From contig JAJFKM010000074.1 in assembly GCA_021773215.1 (NCBI GenBank), positions 12,386 to 76,385 on the forward strand: 64,000 nt of DNA. The letters run 5' to 3'. The notes beneath the pieces are model-generated. The model did not search any database and had not been told where the DNA came from. It saw only the letters and a program-made list of their open reading frames with translations. This document shows, in pieces, positions 18,525 through 26,826 of this stretch (the first letter of the stretch is position 1; each line of letters starts with the position of its first letter). This DNA comes from Gammaproteobacteria bacterium. GTDB lineage: Bacteria; Pseudomonadota; Gammaproteobacteria; Eutrophobiales; Eutrophobiaceae. Made by a program: the position numbers and the translations under genes.

Positions 18525-20126
18525 TTATTTACTCACGAAGCTCTGTAGTTCATTAGCGAAACCCATACCGGCTTCCGTATAGATATTGAAAGTATGCTCA
18601 ACACCAACAGCTCTCAAGGCATCTTCCTCATCGAGGAACTTTGTCGTTGCTGCGATACGACCTCGATACCCCATCTCTTTGAGTCGTATTGCTGCATTCA
18701 TGTTCGCGTTATGTATCGGTAAGGTCAACAATACCCAGTCCAGCCCATCGAGCAACTCGGGCGCACGCGTCCAGAAATCCGGGTTGGTCGCATCCCCGCA
18801 GACCACATTCCTGCCAGCTGTACTGTGTTGGACCGCCTTCTCATGTTCAAGCTCCACTCCGACTAGGTGACCTGAGTAATCTGGCTCCATCGCATTGTAG
18901 GCTGCTGTTCCCATCCGCCCCATGCCGAACACCACCACCTTAATTCCCGCTAGGTCCAGGTTCTCTTCGCCCGATAGACGCTTAGACCGCTCGAAGTGTT
19001 CCAGCTTAGGTCGCCATGTCTGGTATAAGTTATCCCGGATATTGACCAACGGCGCTGCTATGATGAAGGAGAATGACATTACAACGGCAAACACGGCCAA
19101 CCATTCTTTTGGTAACCAGCCTGACGAGGCCGCGATAGCCCCAACGATTAAGCCGAACTCACTATAATTAGCCAGATTGAGGGAAGTCCGCCACGAGCTA
19201 CTGGCCCTGAGACTGAACAAGTTGAACAGCACGTAGTACAACGTCACTTTAAGTGGCAGAAACATAATGAACAACAAAGCGATCATCACCTCAGTCCAAC
19301 CCGGCATGACGGTCAAGCCGACACTGAGGAAAAAGCCCACTAGAAAAAGTTCCTTGAAACCGAGCAGTGCATTCGCCATCTCGCTCGCTTTAGAGTGGTT
19401 AGCGAACAACATGCCGAACACCAACGCTCCGACATCCGCCTTGATACCGACCAGCTCAAAGATGTCAGCACCAACCAGTGCCAGCGTGATGCCGAATAGT
19501 ATCAGCAGCTCGCCATGTCCCACCCTGTCGAGCATCTTGTACATCAGAGAACGCAAAGGGATGAGTGCTATCAATGCCAACGCCAGAGGAGTCGGCAACT
19601 TACCCATCGATACTGCGATGAATAATACTGCCGCAATATCCTGCACCACCAGCACACCAATCGCTATGCGCCCATGCCTGGCACTCGTCGCACCGAGTTC
19701 ATCGAGGATCTTCACCGCGAACACAGTGCTTGAGAAAGACATGGCGAAACCGATAAGTAAGGCTGTCTCAATATCAAGGTCGGACAGAAGTGGCAAACTG
19801 GTATAGGAGAGAATCAGCACCATCAAAGAAATCAACAGCGTGATTGTAGCCATATGAATGATCGCGACGCCCCATACTTCAGGTCTCGCCAACGATTTCA
19901 ACTTGAGCTTGAGCCCGATAGAGAACAGCAGCAAAGTGATGCCCATGTCAGCCATCGCATCCAGGAACTCGCCACCCTCCGCGCCCAAAGCGTTGAGCAA
20001 GAAACCAGCGGCTAAGAAACCAACCATTGGTGGCAATCCCACAGCCTTAATTGTCAGGCCACAAATGAAGGCGATGGCTATCCAGAGTGGGTCGCTATAA
20101 TGGATGGAAAGTAATTGTTGATCCAT
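18525..20126 (-). CDS. CPA2 cation:proton antiporter with C-terminal TrkA-N/RCK domain (KefB/YbaL-like)
   Basis: About 12 TM segments are followed by the Rossmann motif VVVFGMGRMG. GC content is much higher than the flanks. Confidence 0.85.
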   Translation of the reverse strand: MDQQLLSIHYSDPLWIAIAFICGLTIKAVGLPPMVGFLAAGFLLNALGAEGGEFLDAMADMGITLLLFSIGLKLKLKSLARPEVWGVAIIHMATITLLISLMVLILSYTSLPLLSDLDIETALLIGFAMSFSSTVFAVKILDELGATSARHGRIAIGVLVVQDIAAVLFIAVSMGKLPTPLALALIALIPLRSLMYKMLDRVGHGELLILFGITLALVGADIFELVGIKADVGALVFGMLFANHSKASEMANALLGFKELFLVGFFLSVGLTVMPGWTEVMIALLFIMFLPLKVTLYYVLFNLFSLRASSSWRTSLNLANYSEFGLIVGAIAASSGWLPKEWLAVFAVVMSFSFIIAAPLVNIRDNLYQTWRPKLEHFERSKRLSGEENLDLAGIKVVVFGMGRMGTAAYNAMEPDYSGHLVGVELEHEKAVQHSTAGRNVVCGDATNPDFWTRAPELLDGLDWVLLTLPIHNANMNAAIRLKEMGYRGRIAATTKFLDEEDALRAVGVEHTFNIYTEAGMGFANELQSFVSK

Positions 20127-20281
20127 AGTTTTTCAGAATGATAATCAAGATGCACTAGCTAGTCGTTAGAGGGACGCTTTTTCAAATAATGTATTATAGC
20201 TGTCAAAAGGAATCATTAAGCACATTCTTCATCTATTTTGAAGTTGCGGAATATCTACTTTGGGTCGACAGCAGGCAATAA

Positions 20282-21685
20282 TTACAAATTATATTTTTTG
20301 ATACGGTAACGTAATGCCATTCGGGTAATACCTAGTTCTCGTGAGGCCTTTGAGACATTACGATTAGTACGCTCTAACGCTTGTTTGATCAAATGTAGTT
20401 CTGCTTCGCCTAAGGTCAGGTCTTCGTTCATTTCATTTTCACTTGCTTTGACACTTCCCTTTTTATCAAGCCCAAGAATATCTGCATCGAGCAAGCCACT
20501 GCCATTTAACAACACAGCGCGTTCGATTAAATGTTTCATCTCTCGCACGTTCCCCGGCCAAGCGTAGTCTTGTAACATATCACTGGCTTCATCGGTAAAA
20601 CCTTCAAACTCTAAACCATAGCGTCTCGAAGTTAGCGCAGCAAAATGGTTGGCTAATAATAAGATATCATCGTCTCGTTCTCTTAAGGCCGGCATGGAAA
20701 GTGAGATAACATTTAATCTATAGTATAGATCCTGTCGAAACTCACCTCTCTCCGCGAGAGTTTCAATGTCACGATTTGTTGCTGCAATAATCCATGCCGC
20801 AACAGGGCGTTCCTGTGTTGTTCCTACCCTACGTAAGGTACGACGTTCAAGGACTGCTAATAATTTGGATTGCAAATCTAGTGGCAATTCACCAATTTCA
20901 TCAAGAAATAACACACCATCTTCTGCAGCCTCGATTAAACCTGTGCGCGCGACATGCGCATTAGTGAACGCACCCTTTTCATGACCAAACAATTCTGACT
21001 CGATTAAATCTTTTGGTAACGATGCACAATCAACATGCACGAATGGTTTTTCATATCGGGCGCTGCTCGCATGTAATAAACGTGCAACGACATCTTTACC
21101 TGCTCCGGTCTCACCCAATATAAGCACTGTAGGTGGAATGATTGAACCGGATTGAGACAGTTTTGATATTCGCTCAACCTGTCCGCGGACATCCTTGATC
21201 TTTTTGCATTCACCTAAAAAGTCAACTGATTCGATTGCGTGTTGTTCGCGCTTTACTGAGTACGTCAGTTTTTGTGTTAATTCATTTTTATCAAATACTT
21301 TTTCTACATTAAGCAGTAGTTCTTCCAGATCGATTGGTTTCTTTAAATAATCTGAAGCACCTAATTTCATAGCCGATACAGCATCTTCTAATTCACCATA
21401 GGCCGACATAACGAGCACAGAAATATTTGCATTTGATGACTTTATCTCAGAGAGTAGGTCTAGCCCGGAGCCATCGGGCAAACGCATATCGAGTAAAATT
21501 AAGTCAGGTGCATGCTCATTAAACTCGCTTCTCGCGATCTCCAGATCACCAGCCAAAAAGACTTTATAGCCTGCACGCTCCAAATGTTTTTTCACTGCCT
21601 TTGCAAAGACAGCTTCATCTTCTACTAACAATATTTTCTTTTCGAGAACAGGGACTTCAGCAGATGTAATCAATGGTTCACTCAC
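20282..21685 (-). CDS. Sigma54-dependent response regulator (NtrC family: REC + AAA+ + Fis HTH)
   Basis: REC (ILLVEDE...LILLDMRLPDG), Walker A GETGAGKD, ESELFGHEKGAFTNA and C-terminal HTH NVSKASRELGITRMALRYRIKKY. Confidence 0.9.
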   Translation of the reverse strand: MSEPLITSAEVPVLEKKILLVEDEAVFAKAVKKHLERAGYKVFLAGDLEIARSEFNEHAPDLILLDMRLPDGSGLDLLSEIKSSNANISVLVMSAYGELEDAVSAMKLGASDYLKKPIDLEELLLNVEKVFDKNELTQKLTYSVKREQHAIESVDFLGECKKIKDVRGQVERISKLSQSGSIIPPTVLILGETGAGKDVVARLLHASSARYEKPFVHVDCASLPKDLIESELFGHEKGAFTNAHVARTGLIEAAEDGVLFLDEIGELPLDLQSKLLAVLERRTLRRVGTTQERPVAAWIIAATNRDIETLAERGEFRQDLYYRLNVISLSMPALRERDDDILLLANHFAALTSRRYGLEFEGFTDEASDMLQDYAWPGNVREMKHLIERAVLLNGSGLLDADILGLDKKGSVKASENEMNEDLTLGEAELHLIKQALERTNRNVSKASRELGITRMALRYRIKKYNL

Positions 21686-23156
21686 TCGTGCCTACCTCGC
21701 TTAAACTATGTATTGGTGCAGCAATTATCACTTCGGTTCCTCGATCTTCTATGACATTAAACCTTAAGTTCCAGCCATGCTTTTGACAAATCTTGAACGC
21801 AATGGGGATACCTAAACCAGTACCAAAACGTTTTGTTGATGGTCCCGGTTCAAAATTACTGGGTTTAGGTTCGAAAGGTAAGCCAGGACCGCTATCTAGA
21901 ATATGAATCTCAATATAATCCTCGGCATGAAAAATATTTATATCAATGGTACCTAATACTGGAGAGGCATCGACCGCATTTGCTAACAGTGTATATAAAG
22001 CTTGTTCCATCAAATCCGGATCTACTTTTAAGAGTTGTGATATTTCCCAACCCGATTTTGTAACCTCGATTTTCTTTTCCAGAATTTTATTAATGAGTAA
22101 GCCTAATGCGGCATCAACCAGATCAGATGCCTTTGCTTCTACTAAGTTGGGCTTCAATGGATGCAGGTATGAGACTAATGAACTGACCCAACGACCTAAT
22201 CGATCAATTGTTTCAATAATCGCCTCTTTGGATTCATTTATCTCTTCTTGATTTTCTGCATGCTCTAATAATTGGGCTGTGGCCCTGATACTCGCAAGAG
22301 GATTACGAATATTGTGCGCAACAACAGGAACCAATGCCCCTAACGCTGCTTGTCGTTCATTCTCAATTAATGCATTTCTATTCTCTGTTAGTTCAATCGC
22401 CATTTTATTAATAGCTGTCGCTAGGTCGGAGACTTCTTCTACGCCCTCTTCTTCTATGTGGTGCTCCAGATTGCCATGACTGATCTCACCGGCGCCACGC
22501 ATGACATTGGCTATCGGTTTAATAAAGCCTTTACGCATCACTTGCCTGGTATAAATAACAATAATAAAAGCGATGATTAACGGTATCGGAATGATAAACG
22601 GCGCGAATTTAGTCCACACCGCTAATGTCTCGCCTAATTTTTTATGCTTGTCTGTCAATAGTTCTTTAAAAGCGCTATACCTATTTTCAAACTTACCTAC
22701 CATCTGTTGGGCGAAGGCTGGGTTCAGGATTTGTATTCTTGCAAACTGATCAGCAACGTATGGGTTATCAAAAATATTATTCATATCCCGCTGGATTTCA
22801 CGGTACGACAGGTTTAGTTCTTGTATCGCATTGTCTGCTTCCCTCGACCTGGAATTTTGTCGCAATTCGTTAAAACGTTCAGAGATACTCCGTGAATATT
22901 CGGGATAGGCTTCAAATGCGCGAGAATCTTCTAAAACTCGAGCTCGTATCATCTCCTGAATTTGGGCATAGAGTTCACCCCTGATCTGTTCTGTAAGATA
23001 AAACATGGAGTTAATACGCACGGATTCTGCAGAGTTTTGATGCCAGAAATAGGCTGAAAGCCCGCCTAGGAGACCGGTTACCGCAACCAGAAATAAAATT
23101 GCTACTTCATGTAGAAATAATAGGTTTTTTAAAGACTTAGGTCTGCTAAATGCCAT
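21678..23156 (-). CDS. Membrane sensor histidine kinase (HAMP + HisKA + HATPase)
   Basis: Two TM segments, H-box VAHNIRNPLASI and G-boxes DSGPGL / GTGLGI. It overlaps the response regulator gene by 8 nt. Confidence 0.85.
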   Translation of the reverse strand: MAFSRPKSLKNLLFLHEVAILFLVAVTGLLGGLSAYFWHQNSAESVRINSMFYLTEQIRGELYAQIQEMIRARVLEDSRAFEAYPEYSRSISERFNELRQNSRSREADNAIQELNLSYREIQRDMNNIFDNPYVADQFARIQILNPAFAQQMVGKFENRYSAFKELLTDKHKKLGETLAVWTKFAPFIIPIPLIIAFIIVIYTRQVMRKGFIKPIANVMRGAGEISHGNLEHHIEEEGVEEVSDLATAINKMAIELTENRNALIENERQAALGALVPVVAHNIRNPLASIRATAQLLEHAENQEEINESKEAIIETIDRLGRWVSSLVSYLHPLKPNLVEAKASDLVDAALGLLINKILEKKIEVTKSGWEISQLLKVDPDLMEQALYTLLANAVDASPVLGTIDINIFHAEDYIEIHILDSGPGLPFEPKPSNFEPGPSTKRFGTGLGIPIAFKICQKHGWNLRFNVIEDRGTEVIIAAPIHSLSEVGTSE

Positions 23157-23298
23157 TGCTCGAGTATAACTTATAATGGTTCTTTTGAACCAGAAAACTG
23201 GATAATATTAACCAAAAACCACTAATATTTTCCAAGCAAGCAATGGCAGATGTTATTTATACCATTGTTTTTATTAACTATTTTCAATTATTACTGTA

Positions 23299-23314
23299 TT
23301 GGCACGATTGATGG
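23299..23314 (+). promoter_or_regulatory. Possible sigma54 -24/-12 element upstream of pqqA (weak -12)
   Basis: TTGGCACGATTGATGG has a perfect -24 TGGCAC(G) with correct spacing, but the -12 reads ATGG rather than TTGC. It lies 77 nt upstream of the pqqA ATG and diverges from the NtrC-type operon. Confidence 0.25.
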
Positions 23315-23390
23315 ATAATAAAAGGTGCACACAAACTTTGTGTCCCAGCTAGCTGGGTTCTTTTAACAATAACATTTGAGGAGAGTTACT

Positions 23391-23465
23391 ATGAAATGGG
23401 ATACTCCAGAATATAGCGACATTCGTTTTGGCTTTGAAGTAACGATGTACATCAACAACAAGTAA
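23391..23465 (+). CDS. pqqA: Coenzyme PQQ precursor peptide PqqA (24 aa), orphan
   Basis: My translation is MKWDTPEYSDIRFGFEVTMYINNK. It aligns position by position with Klebsiella PqqA [23 protein letters not shown], including the E-x-x-x-Y crosslink pair. An SD gaggag sits 6-8 nt upstream. The gene is below the 60-aa ORF-track cutoff. Confidence 0.9.
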   Translation: MKWDTPEYSDIRFGFEVTMYINNK

Positions 23466-23484
23466 TTGTTGACTAAGCTGAAGT

Positions 23485-23513
23485 AAAAAAAGGGTCGTAA
23501 GGCCCTTTTTTTT
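23485..23513. terminator. Rho-independent (bidirectional) terminator after pqqA
   Basis: aaaaaaaGGGTCgtaaGGCCCtttttttt has a 5-bp GC stem (one G:U pair) and a GTAA loop. It is flanked by an A7 run and a T8 run that extend the stem. Confidence 0.8.
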
Positions 23514-23616
23514 ATTTACACGGACGTAATGTATATCGTTTGTGCAGGAGCACACAAACGATGAATGTCAGGATGGACAGGAGTCCGAAGCGACAAGCCA
23601 AATCCACTCACCTACC

Positions 23617-24147
23617 CTATCCGAACCACATCCTCTTAAACAATTCGGTTTCCTTCCTTTTCATGTGATACACCACTCCTGCTATATGCATAACAAGCAA
23701 TACGACTAGACAAATAGCGCTAATTTCATGGATCTGGGTAAACAATTCATTCATTTCCGGATTTTTATCAGCCCACCTTGGAAGCGGGATACCCCAGAAT
23801 CTCGTACTGTACTTGGTAAATGAAGATGAGATATAACCTGAAACAGGTTGTATGAACATCATCAAATATAATAAATGGTGTGTTGCTTTAGCCATTTTCT
23901 GATGTGTTGCTGACACAATATCTGGCAAGGGTGGTGATGTTGAGATGAGCTTCCAAGCCAGTCGGGTAATAGCTAATAGTGCTAGTGTCAGACCGATTGA
24001 TTTATGCAGGGTAAAAAACCAGGTGCGTTCTTCTGAGCCTTTTGGCAGATCAGACATATAGACACCCATACAAATCATGGCAATGATCATAATGGCCATA
24101 AGCCAATGGATTATTATAGCCGTTGTACTGTAACGCTGAATTTCCAT
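23617..24147 (-). CDS. Cytochrome b561 family protein (CybB-like)
   Basis: 176 aa with four TM helices and conserved His positions (IIIHWLMA, LHKSIGL, HHLLY, HIAGVVYH). Confidence 0.8.
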   Translation of the reverse strand: MEIQRYSTTAIIIHWLMAIMIIAMICMGVYMSDLPKGSEERTWFFTLHKSIGLTLALLAITRLAWKLISTSPPLPDIVSATHQKMAKATHHLLYLMMFIQPVSGYISSSFTKYSTRFWGIPLPRWADKNPEMNELFTQIHEISAICLVVLLVMHIAGVVYHMKRKETELFKRMWFG

Positions 24148-24330
24148 GATATTTCATATACCCCAAGTGTTAATGTCTTAAACAATGATTCGGTGAACTA
24201 TCTGGCATTTGGCCATTAATATCAGGATAATACTATCGCAATATGACATTTGGTGAAATGCCAGCCAGATTTGGGTTTAGTAATAATTGATAACATCCTA
24301 AAGGGTTTAAAATCAGGTATAAAAATAATA

Positions 24331-24891
24331 ATGCGCCATTTTCTTTGCCTTACTTCATTATTCATAGTCAGTCTCTCTGTCATGACTTCAGCATATGCTA
24401 ATGAGTATCAATTATTGGTTTCAAAGAAGAATAACGAGCTTATTGTTGAAAAATCCGGGCAGATAGTAAAAAAATATCATATTGCCAGTGGTAAAGGCGG
24501 CAAGGGTACCAAGCGCTTGCGTGGTGATAGTAAAACACCTTTAGGCATGTATCGAGTAGCCAGTGTTAAAGAAAGCAGCCGCTTTCATTTCTTCATTCAG
24601 TTAGATTATCCAAACTTGATAGATGCCTGGTACGGCTATAAGAATGAAATTATTGATGCAAATAATTTTAAACGTATCGCTACGGCTTACAAAAAGCGCG
24701 AAGCGCCTCCACAAGACACTGAATTAGGTGGCTTCATTGGAATACATGGCTTGGGTATTACTAACGAAGAAAAATTAAATATTCATGAGTCCTTCAATTG
24801 GACTGAAGGTTGTATTGCCTTAACCAATGAAGAAATAAATGACCTGAAAAAATTTGTCGCCATTGGCACACAAGTCATCATCAGAGAATAA
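24331..24891 (+). CDS. L,D-transpeptidase (YkuD) family protein
   Basis: The signal peptide MRHFLCLTSLFIVSLSVMTSAYA begins at the ATG at 24331. The catalytic motif is IGIHGLG...NWTEGCIAL. The track start at 24250 adds an unlikely N-terminal extension. Confidence 0.8.
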   Translation: MRHFLCLTSLFIVSLSVMTSAYANEYQLLVSKKNNELIVEKSGQIVKKYHIASGKGGKGTKRLRGDSKTPLGMYRVASVKESSRFHFFIQLDYPNLIDAWYGYKNEIIDANNFKRIATAYKKREAPPQDTELGGFIGIHGLGITNEEKLNIHESFNWTEGCIALTNEEINDLKKFVAIGTQVIIRE

Positions 24892-25441
24892 TCAGCCGGT
24901 GCCAAACAAAAATCAACTATGTCTGTCCGCTAATTTTCTAGTCATACAATTTTCTAATGTAAAACTTATCAGATTATCGACGCAGCTAATTACGCTGTGT
25001 TTTTTTGTATTCCTGTTTGGCTGTTCAAATGAAACTGATCAGATCTATGAAAAAACGACTCAAAAATCATTTCAAGATGTCTTGCAGGACGCCGAATTTG
25101 CTATAACAGAAAATAACTTTCGTATCACAAATCGTCTTCATATAGGTAAGGCAATACAGGAACGCGGTAATACCGATTTCCCACAAAATGAGATTATTCT
25201 ATTCTGCAATCTGGAAATAGCGGAAGACATGCTAAAAATTGAACCTCGTTATATTAATTATTGTCCATACAAGATAACTGTCACAGACTCAGGCGGTACT
25301 GTCACCATCGGTACACGTCTTTTACCGTACATAACAGATAACCCAGAAATGGACAATATCTCTAAATACATAAATACAATTCTAAACTCGATGGTAGAAT
25401 ATGCAGCATCAGAAGACCCATTTATACTTGACGATAATTGA
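24854..25441 (+). CDS. DUF302 domain lipoprotein (start codon uncertain)
   Basis: Lipobox FLFGC follows KLIRLSTQLITLCFFVF. The core is DUF302-like (FQDVLQDAEFAITENNFRITN...ILFCN...YCPYKITV). No ATG/GTG/TTG lies near the signal peptide; the only one in frame is the TTG at 24854. Confidence 0.6.
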   Translation: MSPLAHKSSSENNQPVPNKNQLCLSANFLVIQFSNVKLIRLSTQLITLCFFVFLFGCSNETDQIYEKTTQKSFQDVLQDAEFAITENNFRITNRLHIGKAIQERGNTDFPQNEIILFCNLEIAEDMLKIEPRYINYCPYKITVTDSGGTVTIGTRLLPYITDNPEMDNISKYINTILNSMVEYAASEDPFILDDN

Positions 25442-25456
25442 AGGGCACAAACATAA

Positions 25457-26200
25457 ATGAAAGAACATCCGGAACATAGTCTTTTACTGCGCTGGCTCAT
25501 TTTGACTGGCCTTATCGCATTTTCTTTAATAGTTGCCTGGAATGAAGGCATCATTTCCTCATTATTCAGCGTCGATCAAAGCAATATTTGCTGGGTAATC
25601 GCATTGGCATACCTATTAGTCACACTGCATTGCGCGAGAAGAATATATACGCTTTCATTACAAACAAATCTATCTGTGGAAGTTGATGGCATTATTAAAA
25701 ATGAAGAGAAACTTGATTTAACGATAAATGACGAAGAAGTCATGATTAATTCAAAAGTTAAGCTGCCCGATTGCTTCATGACAGAATATATTAGAGATCT
25801 CCACTATCGGTATAACAATAAAAATAACTCCGAAGACTCCGGCTCATCTACTGATTTAATAGATGTTTATGAATCACGTTTAAAAGGTCCTCAGGAAATT
25901 GGCTGGTTCGTTTCCGATATGATGTTAAAACTGGGGCTGCTCGGCACGATCATCGGCTTTATATTTATGCTGGGTTCCGTCGCCAATATTGCTGATTTCG
26001 ATGTTAGTGGTATGCAAAAGATATTGAAGCACATGAGTAATGGTATGGGCACCGCTCTATATACAACACTCGCGGGATTGACCTGCAGTATTTTATCGGC
26101 AACTCAATATCATATGCTGGATAGACATGCCGATGAGCTGATTGAATTAACGCGTCATCTGACACAAGTCCATGTCATTCCGAAGATCACAGGGAATTAA
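25457..26200 (+). CDS. MotA/TolQ/ExbB-family proton channel, divergent orphan type
   Basis: 247 aa. The C-terminal TM pair carries the family signature KLGLLGTIIGFIFML ... GMGTALYTTLAGLTCSI. The N-terminal half has extra TM segments and an Asn/Ser-rich loop. Confidence 0.75.
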   Translation: MKEHPEHSLLLRWLILTGLIAFSLIVAWNEGIISSLFSVDQSNICWVIALAYLLVTLHCARRIYTLSLQTNLSVEVDGIIKNEEKLDLTINDEEVMINSKVKLPDCFMTEYIRDLHYRYNNKNNSEDSGSSTDLIDVYESRLKGPQEIGWFVSDMMLKLGLLGTIIGFIFMLGSVANIADFDVSGMQKILKHMSNGMGTALYTTLAGLTCSILSATQYHMLDRHADELIELTRHLTQVHVIPKITGN

Positions 26201-26206
26201 TTAGCG

Positions 26207-26800
26207 ATGAGCGTTAAAGATCGTCTTCGTTCAGACCCGTTCACAGACTTGCTCTTTAATGCGCTTCTGGGCTTTACCTTTCTGTTTCTGGTTGCAATCA
26301 TGTTTATGAATCCAGAAGCAAAGTCAGGCATCATTGACCCCAAAGCAGAATACATAATCACGATAACCTGGGAAGACAATAGTCCCGATGATGTGGATAC
26401 ATGGGTGGAAGATCCGGAAGGTCAGATATTGTGGTTTAGAACACCTGAAGCCGGTTTACTACATTTGGATCGTGATGATCGTGGCTTGGTCAATGACACA
26501 ATTACTATAGCTGGGGAAGAAGTCCAAAACCCACTAAATCAAGAAGTTGTTACACTTCGTGGTGTCGTAAAAGGTGAATATATCGTCAATCTACATTATT
26601 ACGCCTCTGAAACAGGCACACCCGTTGACGTAAATGTGAGGTTGGTCAAGGTAAATCCAAAGCTGGAAGTTATATACTATGGCACGGTTAACCTTGAAAA
26701 GAGGGGCGATGAGAAAACAGCTGTACGATTTAAGATTGGCGGTGATGGTGACGTATACGGCATAAACTTTCTGCCAAAAAATCTTGTTGAGCTTGGTTAA
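26207..26800 (+). CDS. Single-TM protein in ExbD/TolR position with unrelated periplasmic domain
   Basis: DPFTDLLFNALLGFTFLFLVAIMFM places Asp14 (nt 26246-26248) at the cytoplasmic edge of the TM, as LIDMVF does in the ExbD at 5187. The remaining ~160 aa is beta-rich (ITITWEDNSPDDVDTWVEDPEG...GEYIVNLHYY) and not ExbD-like. Confidence 0.5.
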   Translation: MSVKDRLRSDPFTDLLFNALLGFTFLFLVAIMFMNPEAKSGIIDPKAEYIITITWEDNSPDDVDTWVEDPEGQILWFRTPEAGLLHLDRDDRGLVNDTITIAGEEVQNPLNQEVVTLRGVVKGEYIVNLHYYASETGTPVDVNVRLVKVNPKLEVIYYGTVNLEKRGDEKTAVRFKIGGDGDVYGINFLPKNLVELG

Positions 26801-26826
26801 ATAATAAAAATACTGGAGAAAAAACT

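Noticed and set aside
18586-20100. Five plus-strand ORFs of 80-179 aa (18586-18870, 18689-18943, 18922-19167, 19267-19806, 19858-20100) opposite the antiporter gene.
   Set aside because: All are antisense to a well-supported 533-aa transporter gene. Their products are low-complexity and Ser/Pro/Ala/Arg-rich. They cluster only where GC is high, which is the expected stop-codon depletion artefact.
23349-23555. A 68-aa minus-strand ORF covering pqqA and its terminator.
   Set aside because: It is antisense to a near-perfect PqqA peptide and reads through a terminator hairpin. It has no SD and no recognisable motif.
24202-24264. A TGGCAT sequence resembling a sigma54 -24 box, and a 9-bp inverted repeat ctggcattt...aaatgccag, both upstream of the L,D-transpeptidase gene.
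   Set aside because: At the correct spacing the -12 position reads CATT, with no GC dinucleotide. The inverted repeat has a ~45-nt loop. Neither is enough to call a promoter or an operator.
24250-24330. A GTG-initiated 27-aa extension of the L,D-transpeptidase ORF.
   Set aside because: The internal ATG at 24331 begins a textbook signal peptide, and the extension has no function-like features.
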